Shown one piece after another: positions 47,438 to 60,277 of a stretch of 64,000 nt of DNA. The position numbers and the translations under genes were made by a program. The stretch comes from Eledone cirrhosa (lineage: Eukaryota), in assembly GCA_964016885.1 (NCBI GenBank), contig OZ024743.1, forward strand, positions 371,380,001 through 371,444,000. The letters are read 5' to 3'. Position 1 is the first letter of the stretch; every line of letters begins with the position of its first letter. The notes beneath the pieces are model-generated. The model was not told the DNA's origin, made no database searches, and worked only from the letters and a program-made list of their open reading frames with translations.

Positions 47438-50400
47438 TCATCATCATCATCATCATCAACGTTTAACGTCCGTGTTCCACGCTTGCATGGGTTTGGACGG
47501 GGGTAGTCCCACTTGAGGCAAGAGTGATTGTCTTGCTCGCATAGGACTGTCTGGCAGGTTTTCTACAGTTGGATGCCCTTCCTAACACCAACCACATTTA
47601 CAGTGTGGGTCTGGGAGGTTTTTACCGTGTTGCCTACACGGCCACACCACAGCGTGGACTGTGTGTTTTTTTGTCGTGACACCTACACGATCTCGTTTGT
47701 TTCGGCCTGGATGGCGCGGCACCAACATAACTTTACATGGAACGGGGTGGTGTGGATGGGGTGGGGGTGGTGGCGGGACGGGGTGTAGTTTGTTAGAGAT
47801 GCCTACTGGCAAGGCGGGTCTTCTCTGTTACTGAGTACTGCCAAAGGTCACGGTCCAGTGACATTGTCTTGGAGAGGTGTAAGTGTGTAAGGTCGGAGTT
47901 TATCAGCTCATCCCATGTTTTTCTAGGTCTGCCTATTCCGTGGCTACCGTCTATCTTTATTGCCCTGCACTTTGTAATACAGCTATCGACTTTCATGCGC
48001 ATCACGTGTCCATACCAACGCAGCCTTCTCTCGAGTAAACAACATCTGATCCCTCTTATCTCTAATTTTTTCCTTAGTTCGTTTATGCTTTGCCGTTCAC
48101 GTATATTACTGTTACACATCCAGCGGAGCATGCAAGCTTCGTTCCTCTCTAGTCTGCGTATATCCTCTGCACACAATGCCCAGGTCTCACTGCCATGCAA
48201 CATTGCTGTTCGTATGCAGGCATCGTACAACCTGCCTTTCATTTTTAGGGAGAACCCTTTAGCAGCTAATAGTGGTATAAGCTCTCTGAACTTTTTCCAA
48301 CCAGTTCTGACTCTAGCTACAGTACTTTCAGAGCACCCTCCCCCACTGCTGATTTTATCGCCCAGGTAACGGAAGCTGTCCACTATTTCTATAGAACCCT
48401 CTGCGCAATTGAAAGAGCTAGTATTTTGTGGGCACTTGCTGCTACTTATTGCACCAGAACACCGGCCACATGTAAAGTCTATGTTCTTAGTTAGCTTACC
48501 TGTGATCCCACTACATCTTTTATGCACCCATACTTTGCATTTAGGACATAAGATGGAGTTTCTACCTACGCCTTTCCTACATACCGAGCACGACCATTTC
48601 CCAGAAGGGACCGCCGCCTTGTTTTCTTTCCTACAAACTAGAACTTTGGTCTTAGCCAGGTTAATTTTAAGTCCTTTTGACTCTAGGCCGTGCTTCCATG
48701 TTTGGAATTTCTTCTCTAGCTCGGCCATTGATTCCGCTATGAGTGTCAGGTCGTCTGCGTATAGGAGTTCCCATGGGCAGCCTGTCTTGAACTCCTCTGT
48801 TATAGCCTGAAGGGCAATAATAAATAGTAGGGGGCTGAGAACAGAGCCCTGATGGACGCCAACTTTTACGCTAAACTCTTCACTATATTCGTTGTTAATT
48901 CTAACCTTGCTGACTGTTTCTTTATACATGGCTTGTATAGCCCTCACAAGCCATTCGTCAACGCCTAGTTTTCTAAGAGCCCACCAGATAATGGAGCGGG
49001 GGACTCTGTCGAAGGCTTTCTCCAGGTCGACAAAAGCTAAGTAGAGGGGTTTACCTTTAGCTAGGTACTTCTCCTGTAGTTGTCGTACTATGAAAAGAGC
49101 GTCTGTGGTGCTTTTGCCTGACACAAACCCGAACTGCATTTCATCTAGATCAATTCTCTCTCTGATTAGTTGCGCTATTACTTTTTCCGTGACCTTCATG
49201 ACCTGGTCGATTAATTTAATGCCTCTATAGTTACTCCTAACTAGGGCGTCTCCTTTACCCTTATAACAGTTAACGATGATGCTGCTATGCCAGTCCTTCG
49301 GAACAACCCCATTCTGTACGACTTGGTTAACTATGCGGGTGACCATGGTGTGTCCCACCGTGCCAGATGCCTTCAGCATCTCAGCAACTATTTCCGAAGG
49401 CCCAGCCGCCTTACCAGTCTTCATATCCTTGATTGCCTTACTTATTATACTCCCCTCGACTAACACTGCTGGTCCCTCTATCGGGTCGATATGGGGGAGA
49501 CTGTCTTTCTCCCATTTATTCTCCTCATTTAGTAGCCTTTCATAGTGACACTTCCAAGCTACCTTCTTATCAGTGTCGGTGATGGCAAGTATGCCATCAT
49601 CGTTAAGTACACACTTCTCCCCGACAATATCACGGTTTTCCTTGACGCATTGCCTGGCAATCCTGAACACCTCACGTTTTTGGTCATCGCGTTGTAGAAC
49701 ATGCTTGAACTTTCTTTCCTCAGCTTCCCTTCTTGCTAAGTACACTTCTCTCCTAGCTTCCCTCCTGGCCACTTGATAGTCTACTCTACTTCCCCCATCC
49801 CGCCATACTTTCCAAGCCTGCTTTTTGGCCTTAATTGACCCCTCCACCCTATTGTTCCACCACCATGTTACTCTCCTCCTGCCTACAGGCCTGCTCCAGC
49901 CACAGACCTCGTCTGTCGCCAACAGCAGGTTTGCTTTCAGAAATTTCCACTGTCCCTCTATATTGTCCGATTCTAGATGCTCTTCCTTACTGTCGAAAGC
50001 ATCAAGTAATATGCTTTGAAATTTATTTCTGGCTGTGGGGTCCTTTAGTTTCCATATTTTCCTCCTGAGGATAGTCCTCTTCTGCTGTCGGGTACGTCTC
50101 GTCCTGACTATGAGGTCGCTAATTATCAGTCTATGTTGGGAGGTGCATTCTTCATGGGGGAGGGATTTAGTGTTTACAACAGACACTCTGTCACGTCTTC
50201 TGGTAAGGATATAATCTACCTGGCTTGTGTGTTCCCCGGATCTATAGGTAATCAGGTGATTGTCACGTTTTTTGAAGTTAGTGTTACAGATAGTTAGGTT
50301 ATTTGCATCACAGTATTCCAGGATTCTGGAGCCTTCCTCATTTCTAGTACCAAACCCATAGCCTCCATGGATTTCGTCGTAGCCGTCACAATGTTGTCCA

Positions 50401-51020
50401 ACGTGACCATTTAGGTCGCCTGCAATAATTATATAGTCACTGTCAGATATTTGGGAGGTAGTTAGCAACAGTGTCTCATAGAATCTGTCTTTTATAGTGC
50501 CGGGCAGTCCGGATTGGGGTGCGTACGCAGATATTACTGTCACCGTAGTTCTATTGAGGACAAGTCTTATTTTAATTATTCTGTCGTTCACTCTATTTAC
50601 GTCTATTATCTTATCTGCCCACTTTTCTGCTACCATGATTCCTACTCCACCCAGCCCATCGTCGTTTCCCACTCAGAAAAGCTTATAACATCGTTTTTTA
50701 CCCTCAATGAATCTAGCAGACCCACCCCTCCACCTGGTCTCTTGAATACAACAAACATCGACCTCCTTACGTTCAAGCATTTCTACAACCTCGTTAGCGC
50801 GACCCTTTAGGGTGCCTACATTTATGGTACCAACTCTGAAGTTTTGGGTTGCGTTTGGAGGGTGGGGGTGGTGGGGGGCGGGAGGAGATAGGGTTATGTT
50901 AGCCATCCGCGGACGAAACAAAGAGGAGTGCTCGCATTCTCGTCCACGAGGTGAATTTGACTTTAACTTTGGCATTTTCGCTCTGGGCGTCCAGATTTTT
51001 CTCTCCCTTCCACTCTCCAT
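47438..51020 (-). mobile_element. Near-intact RTE LINE inserted in (TA)n
   Basis: (CAT)n tail at 47439-47457, 3' UTR and full EN-RT-PHD frame; (TA)n on both flanks. Confidence 0.95.
47793..51020 (-). pseudogene. RTE ORF (APE, RT, PHD-type finger) with one in-frame TGA at 50673-50675
   Basis: ORFs 50673-51020 and 47793-50672 are in the same frame. YKLF*VGNDDG corresponds to YKFFWVGNDDG in the intact copy; YADD intact. Confidence 0.9.
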
Positions 51021-51059
51021 ATATATATATATAATTAATTAATTAAAAGTTGGTTAGAA

Positions 51060-51580
51060 GTGAAGTCAATGCAGACAGGCAGACATACAAACACATATTA
51101 TAAGTGCGCGACGTTATAGCTATGTATCTATCTAAAAAGACAGAGTAAGAAAGAGAGAGGAATGTCGTATTATATATATTATATAAAACCAGTAATATAT
51201 ATATATAACCAATAATGTACTGGGATAATTGCTGGCCTTGTGCCAAAAGTAGAAACAATTATACTTCTTTTTTATACAACTGTAAATAACATGTTTATGT
51301 ATGTATATATACATATAAAGGAATTCTGTAATAAAATGTACAAATTAAACTGTCTCTTACTTATGATACTAACACTATATATATATATATATATACACAC
51401 ACACTATATTATATATAAACACACTATATATATACATATATATACACACACACAGCGAAGTCAATGTACAGAATGGTTTTCATAATGCAGACATACAGAG
51501 ACATATTATAAGGGTGCGACATTATAGCTATGTATCTATCTAAAAAGACAGACTAAGAAAGAGAGAGGAATGTCGTATAA
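51060..51580. repeat. ~100-bp segment duplicated about 410 bp apart
   Basis: CATATTATAAG...GCGAC.TTATAGCTATGTATCTATCTAAAAAGACAGA.TAAGAAAGAGAGAGGAATGTCGTAT at about 51080-51170 and 51490-51578. Confidence 0.8.
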
Positions 51581-53859
51581 CCGGAAGTGTTGACATTTGA
51601 AGATTTTAAAGAAGTGAATATTTAAATAAACAATAAAATATCTTTAATCTTTTAACAAAATTTAGTAGACAAAAATACCCTCATTTTCTCACTTGGAAAA
51701 AGTTACATCTATGGTGCAAATTTGGCGCCGTTTGGCAAAATGTTTGTTACATACATACGGCCGTCAGCTTTATTAATATAGATGATGCATGTCCAAGATG
51801 ATTCACAGTGAAATCAAACATAGGACCTTATGATTGTCAAGTGAACTGCCTAATCCTTCGATTATGCTGTGTCCACACTTTCCTAGCAGCAGAGCAGAGA
51901 AAACATTTCTTTTGACTACAAAAACTAAATGAAAAGCATTGCCTATCATGGTATCTTTCATATATGAGGGGCCTCTATCACTCATGACTGACCATGGGTT
52001 TGCATCTAGAAAATTCCTCTCAAAAACAAGGTTTTGTGCATAACATTCTCCTCTCTCCATATGACTCATGACCAAAAGAAAGGTAAAGGCTAATACAGCT
52101 TGGTATCAATGTCTTCACAACTCAGTGGACTAGAATAATATGAAAAAAGTGTCTTGCACAAGGATACAATGCACTGCTTTGTCTGGGAATTGAACTTATG
52201 AACTTACAATGAATGCAACACTTTAAATGGATAGAAACTTGCCAAACTTCATTTTACATAACAGTTTGTGATATGTTTATTGTGCTGTTGGACCATTCTG
52301 AAGTTTGAAATATCTTGAATGTTCAGATTTGAATGAGCAGAATTGACAAACAACCCAAACATTTTATAAAGTGACTACCAATAATCATCTTGATATTAAC
52401 CATTTAACATTTACATTACTCTATATTTACTATTGTATTTTCACAGTAAAGGTTTTATATCACATATCAAATTTAGGAGCTTTTGATATTTATTTTGTAA
52501 GTATGAGTAGCTGGTTATGGCCGGTTTAAATGGGAAATGCTAAAGGGTTAAAGGATAATTTCCACCGATTTCTGTTTTATTCTCTGTTTAGGTCTAATAT
52601 ACCAGTGAAGCATATATATATATCTCATCATCATACAGAACTGATTTTGGCTTGGTTTCTATGGCTGGATGCCAACCACATTTATAGTGTGGACAGGGGG
52701 CTGGGGTGAGGGAGGTGCATGGGGATTGGAGAGGTAGATCTAGTGGGGGTGGAGTGTTAGGACATGGAAGGTGATGAGAGGGGGAGGTAAGGGAAAGTAG
52801 TGTGTACTAGATGTATGCTTCAACCTGTGCACATGAGAGGGGTTGGGTCATGTATTACTACATAATATATATATATACACACACACACACAATGGCATGT
52901 GGCATGTGCATTTCAAAAAATTTAAAACAAAAAGAACTCCCAAAAAGAACTAAATATTTGAAAAAATTGTTTAAAAAAAACTTATCAGACTTACAGATCG
53001 TAGATATTTAGATATTTTACAGTCGTTATTATAGTTCCTTCTACAAGAGTGTCATAGAAATGCCAAGTCCATTGTATATCCTTCTCTATGATAGTGAAAG
53101 ATGCATCTTTAAAACCACTCACTGAAAGTTAAACCATGAGAGGCTACTCTTAATTCACCAGGGAAAGCAACAACATTAAAGTTGTAGTTACCAATCTAGT
53201 ATTACAGTATTTGTGATGCAGGCATGGCTGAATGGTTAACAGTTTTGCTTCACAATCATAAATTGTTGAAGTTGCTCCAACTATGTGGATTTACCAGATT
53301 CTTGGAAACTGCATGGAAACCCATCGGATGGATTGTACTTGGAATTCAAGTATTGTGTTGCTTTGATTTGGCTTGTAAATTACATTAAGGGTAGACATGT
53401 CGGTGAAATACTTCACCACTTACAACAAGTTAATTCACGAGTTGAACGTTTAGTTGATTGCACAATATCAGATAAAGTGATAATACTACCAAATGAGATA
53501 TATAATATAATGATTTCCTGCTATCAATCAATTAATCACTAAATATCTTTGCCATGTCGCTACACTTGAAATATCCAAAGTGGTAGAGAGGGTCGTATGG
53601 TTTTATTACTCTTCACAGGATTTAATGTGGACTTTGTAATTTTCTTAAAGTGGCCAGAGTAAGAAGTGTCAAAAACTAGGTTTATCAGCTTGACAAGCTT
53701 TATGTTGAAATTACTGTATTTAGAAAAATGGGATGCACATTTTAGAGTGCAAAATATCCAGGTACCTGCCCTGTCAATAATTATCACAAAAGTAAATTTC
53801 CTCTTCATTCTAGAATGTTAAATAACAGTAGTATGATAGAATTTGGCAGATAATGTGGA

Positions 53860-54210
53860 TGGGTTGTAGAGAAATTTGAGAGACAAGCAGTGGAAATATT
53901 AAAGATTATGAAATCTTAAAGAAAATGTGAGTGTTATGCAGAATGAATCCATTAGTGAGTACTACAATTGCACTCAACAGGTGTCACTTGGCTTTAGAAG
54001 TGAAGGCAGACATTAAGTATTTGAGGTGACCATTTCGAAGACCGTCAGCACCTCCAATGTCTTCATTGGAGGCCACATGTAGTGAATGAAGATCAAGTAG
54101 AGGATGGGTCTTTACCACTTACCAGTTGCATAACATTCACATTTTCTTCAACATTTCATAATCTTCAATGATATTTCCGCTGCTTGTCTCTCAAATTTCT
54201 CCCTTAGACC
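53860..54210. repeat. Degenerate inverted repeat (~80-bp arms, ~185-bp spacer)
   Basis: GAGAAATTTGAGAGACAAGCAG..GAAATA...GAAAATGTGA.TGTTATGCA is mirrored at 54127-54210. Confidence 0.75.
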
Positions 54211-54269
54211 CATCCTCTTCACAATGCTCTGGACCATTATACCTGAGACCTCTTCCTTTCAGCCAGCTT

Positions 54270-54730
54270 TACCACTCTTAAGAAGAAAGATTGTGGTATA
54301 TGCCGTATTGCTGTGGGCAATTTTAAGATAGCTGGCTGCCAAAGTCATCTGCAGGTGCATCACCTCTAAACTGAGTGAGGAACTAAGCCCAGTACAACTA
54401 GGAGTTGGCATGGCTGGCAGGTGTGAGGGGGCTGCCCACATCACTAGTTAATTTATTGACTGTCCACCAGGCATTTCATTGTCAAACTTGACATGAGAAA
54501 TGCCTTCAACTGTCTGTGCCACAACCACTTTTTCAAGGTTTGCTTCAGTCATGCCCCATCCAGCTACACATTCACCTATTTGTCATATGGGTTTCCAAGC
54601 ATGTTCCTCAATGCAAATAAAGTTGTATCATTCTCACCAACATTCAACAAGATGATCCTTTAGGCCGCCTCCTTTTCACAATCAGGGTAGATATGGTTGC
54701 ATTCGACATGTGGTATCTGGATGATTCTGT
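54270..54730 (+). mobile_element. CRE-like (RLE-type) non-LTR RT relic
   Basis: IAVG..LRYLAAK, LSPVQLGVG..G.CEGAAH, KLDMRNAFN, QQDDPLG, WYLDD. Confidence 0.65.
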
Positions 54731-55999
54731 GACAGGCAGACACCTGCATACTGTCTGCTTTTATCTCTGGTTGGGTTTTTTTTTTGCTCTGGCAAAGATT
54801 GGGCTCTAGATCAACTCATCTAAGTCTCTATCTTGGATATACCATCAATACTCCACCTGGTGCAGGTGACCACAATGTTGTAGGGGCTACTGCTGGTCCT
54901 TCACAGGAAAACATGGCCTGGTCTTATGCCTTAGAGAGAAACTTTCCAGGTGTACATCTTTGGTCAGTCATGACTAGAAGGGAGAGGGGGTCATATTGTC
55001 CCTGTCCTGGACAATGTATTATCATTGTTGTTTTGTTGTTTAATCCCTCCCAGGTTAATCCCAATCAAGAAGGCTATAATCCAAGATATTCCAGCCATAA
55101 CTATCCCATCATTTGGTATATTTAGAACATCACTGTTCAAAGTAACCTTCCTTTTTCAAGGCAGTAGAATATAATTTGAGAGAGATTTGGCTGTTATTAC
55201 TAACAGGTTGAGCGATCAGGTAGAGGCTCACTTTTTAGCTTTGATTCTTACAAGACCAATAAAAATGTTTTATAGTTGTTGTAATATTTTGTACCAAATC
55301 AAAGGTTTTTCAATCTAAGAATAATATAGAAAGAGTCAATAAGAGAAGAAATTAGTATGGGTCAACAATATAACAAACAAGAACAGAACGAATACAATGA
55401 ATAAGAATAAAAAGGAATCAAATCAAAGAGAAGAAAGTGATGCTATAAAACAAATCATATCATCACATTCTTTCCCTCTAGCGTTAATCGTTGTATCGCA
55501 TTGGCCTCACTACTAAGCGTCCTCGGCGTGTTCTTTGTTGTTGGGGTGTGTTATTCGAGGTTAAGAATGTGTCAGAAGATTCATCGTTGTCAAATTCAGC
55601 ACTCTTTGTAGGATTGTTATCGGCGGTAGATGTCATACTTTCGTTCCCAACTACCACAGGTGTAGATATTGCTGTTGGTTGAGTTAAATTGGCGCCTTTT
55701 GGGGAGTTATTATTCTGACACTTCGATGTTGTTGAATTTCCATTGTTTTGTGGTGATGCTGCTGGTGCGAGATTTGCAGTTGAGACTGTCTATTCTTCCA
55801 CTATTAAATTGTACCTTGGCAAAGTGGGGTGAGATCGTCTCGATGAGTTGAACGTTTTCCGTGAGACCATCACCTTTATTCCTTATGTGACGTCGATGTA
55901 ACACGATTGTGCCCGGTTTATTTAGAAACTCTGGTATTTCTGTACCGTTGTTTGTCGATCTGGTGAATGAAAATACTCTTTCATGTGGTGTGGCGTTTG

Positions 56000-56401
56000 T
56001 ATAACGGGTTTTAGGGTCAATTCTTGGTATACATAATAGAAATCAGAAGGCATTTAGAACATTGACTAAATCCATTATCGATGTTGTAACTCTATTTATT
56101 AGTTGTACATGTTGAACGGATACATTAGGTACAGGTAGTATCTACATGTGTAGGATGTAGTTTGGTCCGCTTCATTGCAAGATGGAGATGTTGTTAGCAG
56201 CGATGAGTGTAGCCTGGTCTTGTCGATAAGAGAGGTGCGTGTAGACTAATGTCTCTCTTGGTCACCTCCGCTCACCTGGTGACGTAGTTCTGGACAGTCC
56301 AATTAGTGCACCGAAGGTTTCGATTGGCTCACACTTCAGCCAACTTACCTCCGTAATACCATTCCGCCGCAGAAGGAAAATACATTTCATTCACTGCTAC
56401 A
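56000..56401 (-). repeat. 3' LTR
   Basis: Identical to 60954-61355; termini TGTAG...GTTATA on the minus strand. Confidence 0.95.
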
Positions 56402-56623
56402 TCACCCCCTGCTTAGGCTTACAGCCGACAGAGAAATAAGGGTAGCAGTTGAATGAAAGAAAAAGTACTATATAATAGTAAACACAATAAAATATATCAC
56501 TGATAAAGAAATGTTCATATTACAGGAAAGTCAGAAATAGTGTAATGTTCACCTTAGTTCATACATTTAATACAAATACAAGGGCGGAGCAAACTCCAAG
56601 AAGATTGCTGTAAATAACATAGT

Positions 56624-57712
56624 TCATATATAAAGAGTCTTGCAAAGCTTCTTGGGCCAATGTACTCGCCGACCGCTACGTGTGGTGGTGACATATGTAG
56701 GTGTAGGTGTGTGCGATGTTATATGTGTATTGTGGCTTGGCTGATGCCAGGTGTATGTGGGGGGAAAATGGGGCTCTTGTGTGAGAGTGTCTGTATAGGC
56801 CCGTTTTACCCTGTCAATGGACACAGTCTCTTTTTTACCCCCAATGTCTAGGGTGAATAGCTTATCTGTGCGCTCAAGCACGCGATAGGGACCGGTATAA
56901 GGTGGCATGAGAGGAGCTCTCACGGCGTCCTTTCGTAAAAAGACGTGGGTCCATGAAGCAATGTCTTTCGGGACCGAAGATTTGATTGTCTGTTGGCGAG
57001 GGTGCATAGGCGGAAGATTGCTGAAATATGATTGCAGTCTGCTCACATACAGAGCTGGGTCTGTTGCTGGTAGGTCCAATGGAGCTAACATCTGACCAGG
57101 CAGAGATATAGGCACTCCGTAAACCAACTCGGCGGGGGAGTAGCCTAGATCTTCCTTGATGGCTGCACGACAGCCCAGGAGGACAATTGGTACATATTCG
57201 CTCCACCGCTGCTGATCCGGATAAGCGCGCAGTGCGGCTTTCAATTGGCGGTGGAAGCGTTCAATCATTCCGTTAGAAGCTGGATGGTAGCTGGTCGTTC
57301 GAATGCGTTGCATTCCCAGGATCCTTGAAAGCTCTCGGAAAAGGTGTGACTCAAATTGTCCACCGCGGTCAGTGGTGATAGTGGCTGGAACTCCGTAACG
57401 CGATATCCAACCCGATACTAGAGCTCGCGCCACAGATTCCGCCGAAATGTCACTTAAAGGAATGGCTTCAGGCCAACGTGTGAAGCGATCTATGCAGGTC
57501 AGGAGGTATGTAAATCCTCGGCTGACCGGCCATGGTCCGACAAGATCTATATGGACATGGCTGAACCTAGCGTCTGGAGTGCTGAAAGTTCCAAGGGGTG
57601 CGCGGATGTGTTTGTGCACCTTTGACTTTTGGCAGGATAGGCAGGAACGTGTCCAGGCAGTGATGTCACGCCTCATATTAGGCCAGAAGAATCTAGCCGA
57701 AATGAGCTTCAC
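56624..57712 (-). CDS. Gypsy integrase (frameshifted from pol at about 57725)
   Basis: CLSCQ zinc finger half, [31 protein letters not shown] motif. Confidence 0.88.
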   Translation of the reverse strand: MKLISARFFWPNMRRDITAWTRSCLSCQKSKVHKHIRAPLGTFSTPDARFSHVHIDLVGPWPVSRGFTYLLTCIDRFTRWPEAIPLSDISAESVARALVSGWISRYGVPATITTDRGGQFESHLFRELSRILGMQRIRTTSYHPASNGMIERFHRQLKAALRAYPDQQRWSEYVPIVLLGCRAAIKEDLGYSPAELVYGVPISLPGQMLAPLDLPATDPALYVSRLQSYFSNLPPMHPRQQTIKSSVPKDIASWTHVFLRKDAVRAPLMPPYTGPYRVLERTDKLFTLDIGGKKETVSIDRVKRAYTDTLTQEPHFPPTYTWHQPSHNTHITSHTPTPTYVTTTRSGRRVHWPKKLCKTLYI

Positions 57713-59775
57713 TGTGGTCGATATTCCAGACCGTGCAAGGTGTCGAAAACTGCTCGACGATGAGTCACTGGCACTAGAGGGCGAGGTGCATCTGTCGAGG
57801 TGTCGCAGATAATCTGTGTGTCCGAAGTGGGCACAGGCAGATATGCAAATTTGCCAGTTGCAAATTCAGAAGACGAGAGGTCCAAAGTATCCAGAGGTGG
57901 TTGTTCTGTGGCCATTCGTTGGAGGTCGATTTCCGCTGGCGATGACAGGGAATTAATTGGGAGGCGAGACAGTGCATCTGCCGCCGCATTCTGTTCACCA
58001 GAGATGTGTCGGATATCGCTGGTAAATTGCGAAACGAAGTCCAAGTGGCGAGTTTCGCGAGGTGAATATTTGTCCGGCTTAGAACGCAGTGCGAACGTAA
58101 GCGGACGGTGGTCAGTGTATATAACAAATTGGCGACCCTCCAGTGAATGCCGAAAGTGTTTCACTGCAAGGTACATAGCCAAGAGTTCACGGCCGAATGT
58201 GCTATACCGTGTTTCTGCAGGCTTCAGCTGTTTAGAAAAGTAGGCAAGAGGTTGTAACTGTTGTTGGTGATGTTGTTGCAGTACTGCACCTACAGCTGTG
58301 CCTGATGCATCAACAACCAGTGAAAACTGGGCACCAGACACAGGATGTGCAAGCAGTGATGTCTCCGCAAGCTTCCGCTTCACTTCGTCGAAGGCTTTTA
58401 GCTGATTCGTGTCCAATGAAATGGAATCGTTCTTCTTTTTCCTGTTATGTAACAGGTCGGACAGAGGAGACAGGAGATCCGCACAGTGTGGGATAAAGCG
58501 CCTGTAATAGTTCAGTAGCCCAAGGAAATGTCGTAGTTGACGAAGTGAAGTGGGTGGTTGGAGGTCTTGTACCGCTTTCACTTTATCAGGTAGTGGCGAA
58601 ATTCCTTCTGGGCTGATGACATGGCCCAAGATGACAAGTGAGGAAGCACCGAAAACACATTTTGCCGGATTAATTCTCACTTGGTATTTTTGAAATCTCT
58701 CGAACAGGAGACGGAGGTGATTGACATGTTCCTCAGGTGAGGCACTTGCCACAAGAATGTCGTCGATGTAGTTGTACACGAAGTCTAAATCGCGCACAAC
58801 TTCATCCATAAATCGTTGGAACGTGCTGGCTGCGTTTCGCAAACCGAAAGGCATGGTCAAAAATTCAAACGCTCCAAATGGAGTTGTTACTGCAGTTTTA
58901 GGTATGTCTGCCGGGTTCACCGGGATTTGGTGGTATGCTTTGACCAAATCCAATTTGGAGAATATGTTGCATCCATGCAGCGAAGATGCAAAATCCTGTA
59001 TGTGTGGTATCGGGTAGCGGTCGGGTACCGTCATTGCATTTAACCGGCGAAAGTCCCCAGTGGGACGCCAATCACCGGAACGCTTTGGTACCAAATGCAA
59101 GGGTGCGGCCCACGGGCTTGAGGATGGGCGAATGATCCCGAGCTGCAGCATGTGATTGAATTCAGCCTTTGCGGCCTTCAGTTTCTCAGCAGAGAGACGG
59201 CGAGGGCGCGAAAACACAGGAGCTCCGGATGTTTCAATGTGGTGCTTGGTGGAGTGAGTAGGCTCACTCATCACAAAATTCAAATTTGTTAATTCCGGGA
59301 AGGAATGCAAAAGTGATTGGTAAGGATCTTCTGTAGCAGCGATAAAGAAGACCGGGCTGACCGACGAGACAGTCGATCTGGTACCCGGCACAGACAGTTC
59401 TGTGTTGGCATCCAACAACCGGCGTCTGCGCATATCCACTATCAAGTTATAGTGGTGCAGGAAATCTGAGCCTAGGATGGGGTAAGGCAGATCAGCAACA
59501 GTGAAGATCCACGTGAAATCTCTACGCAATTCCAGGTTCAAAGAACGAGAAATCTGACCGTACGTGGGGATCGGTGACTGGTTTACTGCTTGCAGAGAGA
59601 CGGTTGAGAGTTGGGGCTTCTCTTTGAGAAGTTTTAGCGGCCAAATGCTACAAGCCGCGCCGGTGTCGATCAGACAACGTGCTTGCGACTCAGTGTCTGT
59701 GATGAAAAACACACGGTTATTAGGGAGGGTCAGAGGAGACTGTGCCGTGCTCAGGTCTCCTGAAATCTGTTTCCC
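57709..59775 (-). CDS. Gypsy pol: protease, RT, RNase H
   Basis: [63 protein letters not shown]. Confidence 0.9.
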   Translation of the reverse strand, partial: GKQISGDLSTAQSPLTLPNNRVFFITDTESQARCLIDTGAACSIWPLKLLKEKPQLSTVSLQAVNQSPIPTYGQISRSLNLELRRDFTWIFTVADLPYPILGSDFLHHYNLIVDMRRRRLLDANTELSVPGTRSTVSSVSPVFFIAATEDPYQSLLHSFPELTNLNFVMSEPTHSTKHHIETSGAPVFSRPRRLSAEKLKAAKAEFNHMLQLGIIRPSSSPWAAPLHLVPKRSGDWRPTGDFRRLNAMTVPDRYPIPHIQDFASSLHGCNIFSKLDLVKAYHQIPVNPADIPKTAVTTPFGAFEFLTMPFGLRNAASTFQRFMDEVVRDLDFVYNYIDDILVASASPEEHVNHLRLLFERFQKYQVRINPAKCVFGASSLVILGHVISPEGISPLPDKVKAVQDLQPPTSLRQLRHFLGLLNYYRRFIPHCADLLSPLSDLLHNRKKKNDSISLDTNQLKAFDEVKRKLAETSLLAHPVSGAQFSLVVDASGTAVGAVLQQHHQQQLQPLAYFSKQLKPAETRYSTFGRELLAMYLAVKHFRHSLEGRQFVIYTDHRPLTFALRSKPDKYSPRETRHLDFVSQFTSDIRHISGEQNAAADALSRLPINSLSSPAEIDLQRMATEQPPLDTLDLSSSEFATGKFAYLPVPTSDTQIICDTSTDAPRPLVPVTHRRAVFDTLHGLEYRPQ
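59711..59775 (-). promoter_or_regulatory. -1 ribosomal frameshift signal (G GGA AAC plus H-type pseudoknot)
   Basis: Heptamer in the gag frame at 59769-59775; 7-nt spacer; stem AGGAGAC/GUCUCCU; loop GCACGG can pair with downstream CCGUGU; pol is in the -1 frame. Confidence 0.75.
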
Positions 59776-60277
59776 TGGTCCGAAAATGTACAAGGCTGTT
59801 TACAGGAGCGTGCTGCTGCGCCAAAACGGCTGTGGTAGTAACACAAACCTGAACTGCCTGTGTGACGGCGTCGTGGCGAGGGTGAACGGCTCTGGAAACG
59901 GCGTCTGGGCGAATGAGCCCTGTGAGTGCTTAGTTTTCTCACTTCCTTGGTTAGCTGCTCTATTGCTTGCAGCATTGCTGCATTTGCAAGTGACTGGTCG
60001 GTATAACTGGCAGCCGCTGGAGTGAAGGAAATTTTTTTTCTGCGGACAATGTGGTCCGCCGCAACACTTCGAGCTTCACGCTCTCATAGGTGGCCCCAGG
60101 GCGAGGATCTGTAATTAAGTCTTTGACGACCGACGTCAATGACGCTGGAAAAGCGCTTAACAGGAGATTTAACTGTCTGTGGTCACTGGTGATGTTATTC
60201 GCTGTGAAATGTGCTTCTATCTGGGCGAACCAGACAGTGACGTCACCGGTAAACGATGGCAATGAAGTGCTACCCAT
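59751..60277 (-). pseudogene. gag with internal deletion/frameshift near 60030
   Basis: LPSFTGDVTVWFAQIEAHF...YESVKLEVLRRT, then a frame change to the RS-rich and CHCC C-terminus. Confidence 0.85.

Larger units (their letters stand above)
46231..51782 (-). mobile_element. Non-autonomous Helitron-like element hosting a satellite array and an RTE insertion
   Basis: Minus-strand 5' A|TCTATATTAATAAAGCTGA...(GTAT)n at 51782; 3'-type end GCGAAGCTAGGTACGTCAGCTA at about 46288-46310 (compare 20515-20538) and CTAG|T at 46231. Confidence 0.6.

Noticed and set aside
46248-47459. Repetitive ORFs (STVLLLKIY / FSTVILYYI) and a possible CRISPR-like array
   Set aside because: Translations of a 27-bp minisatellite; no unique spacers, no cas genes, eukaryotic context.
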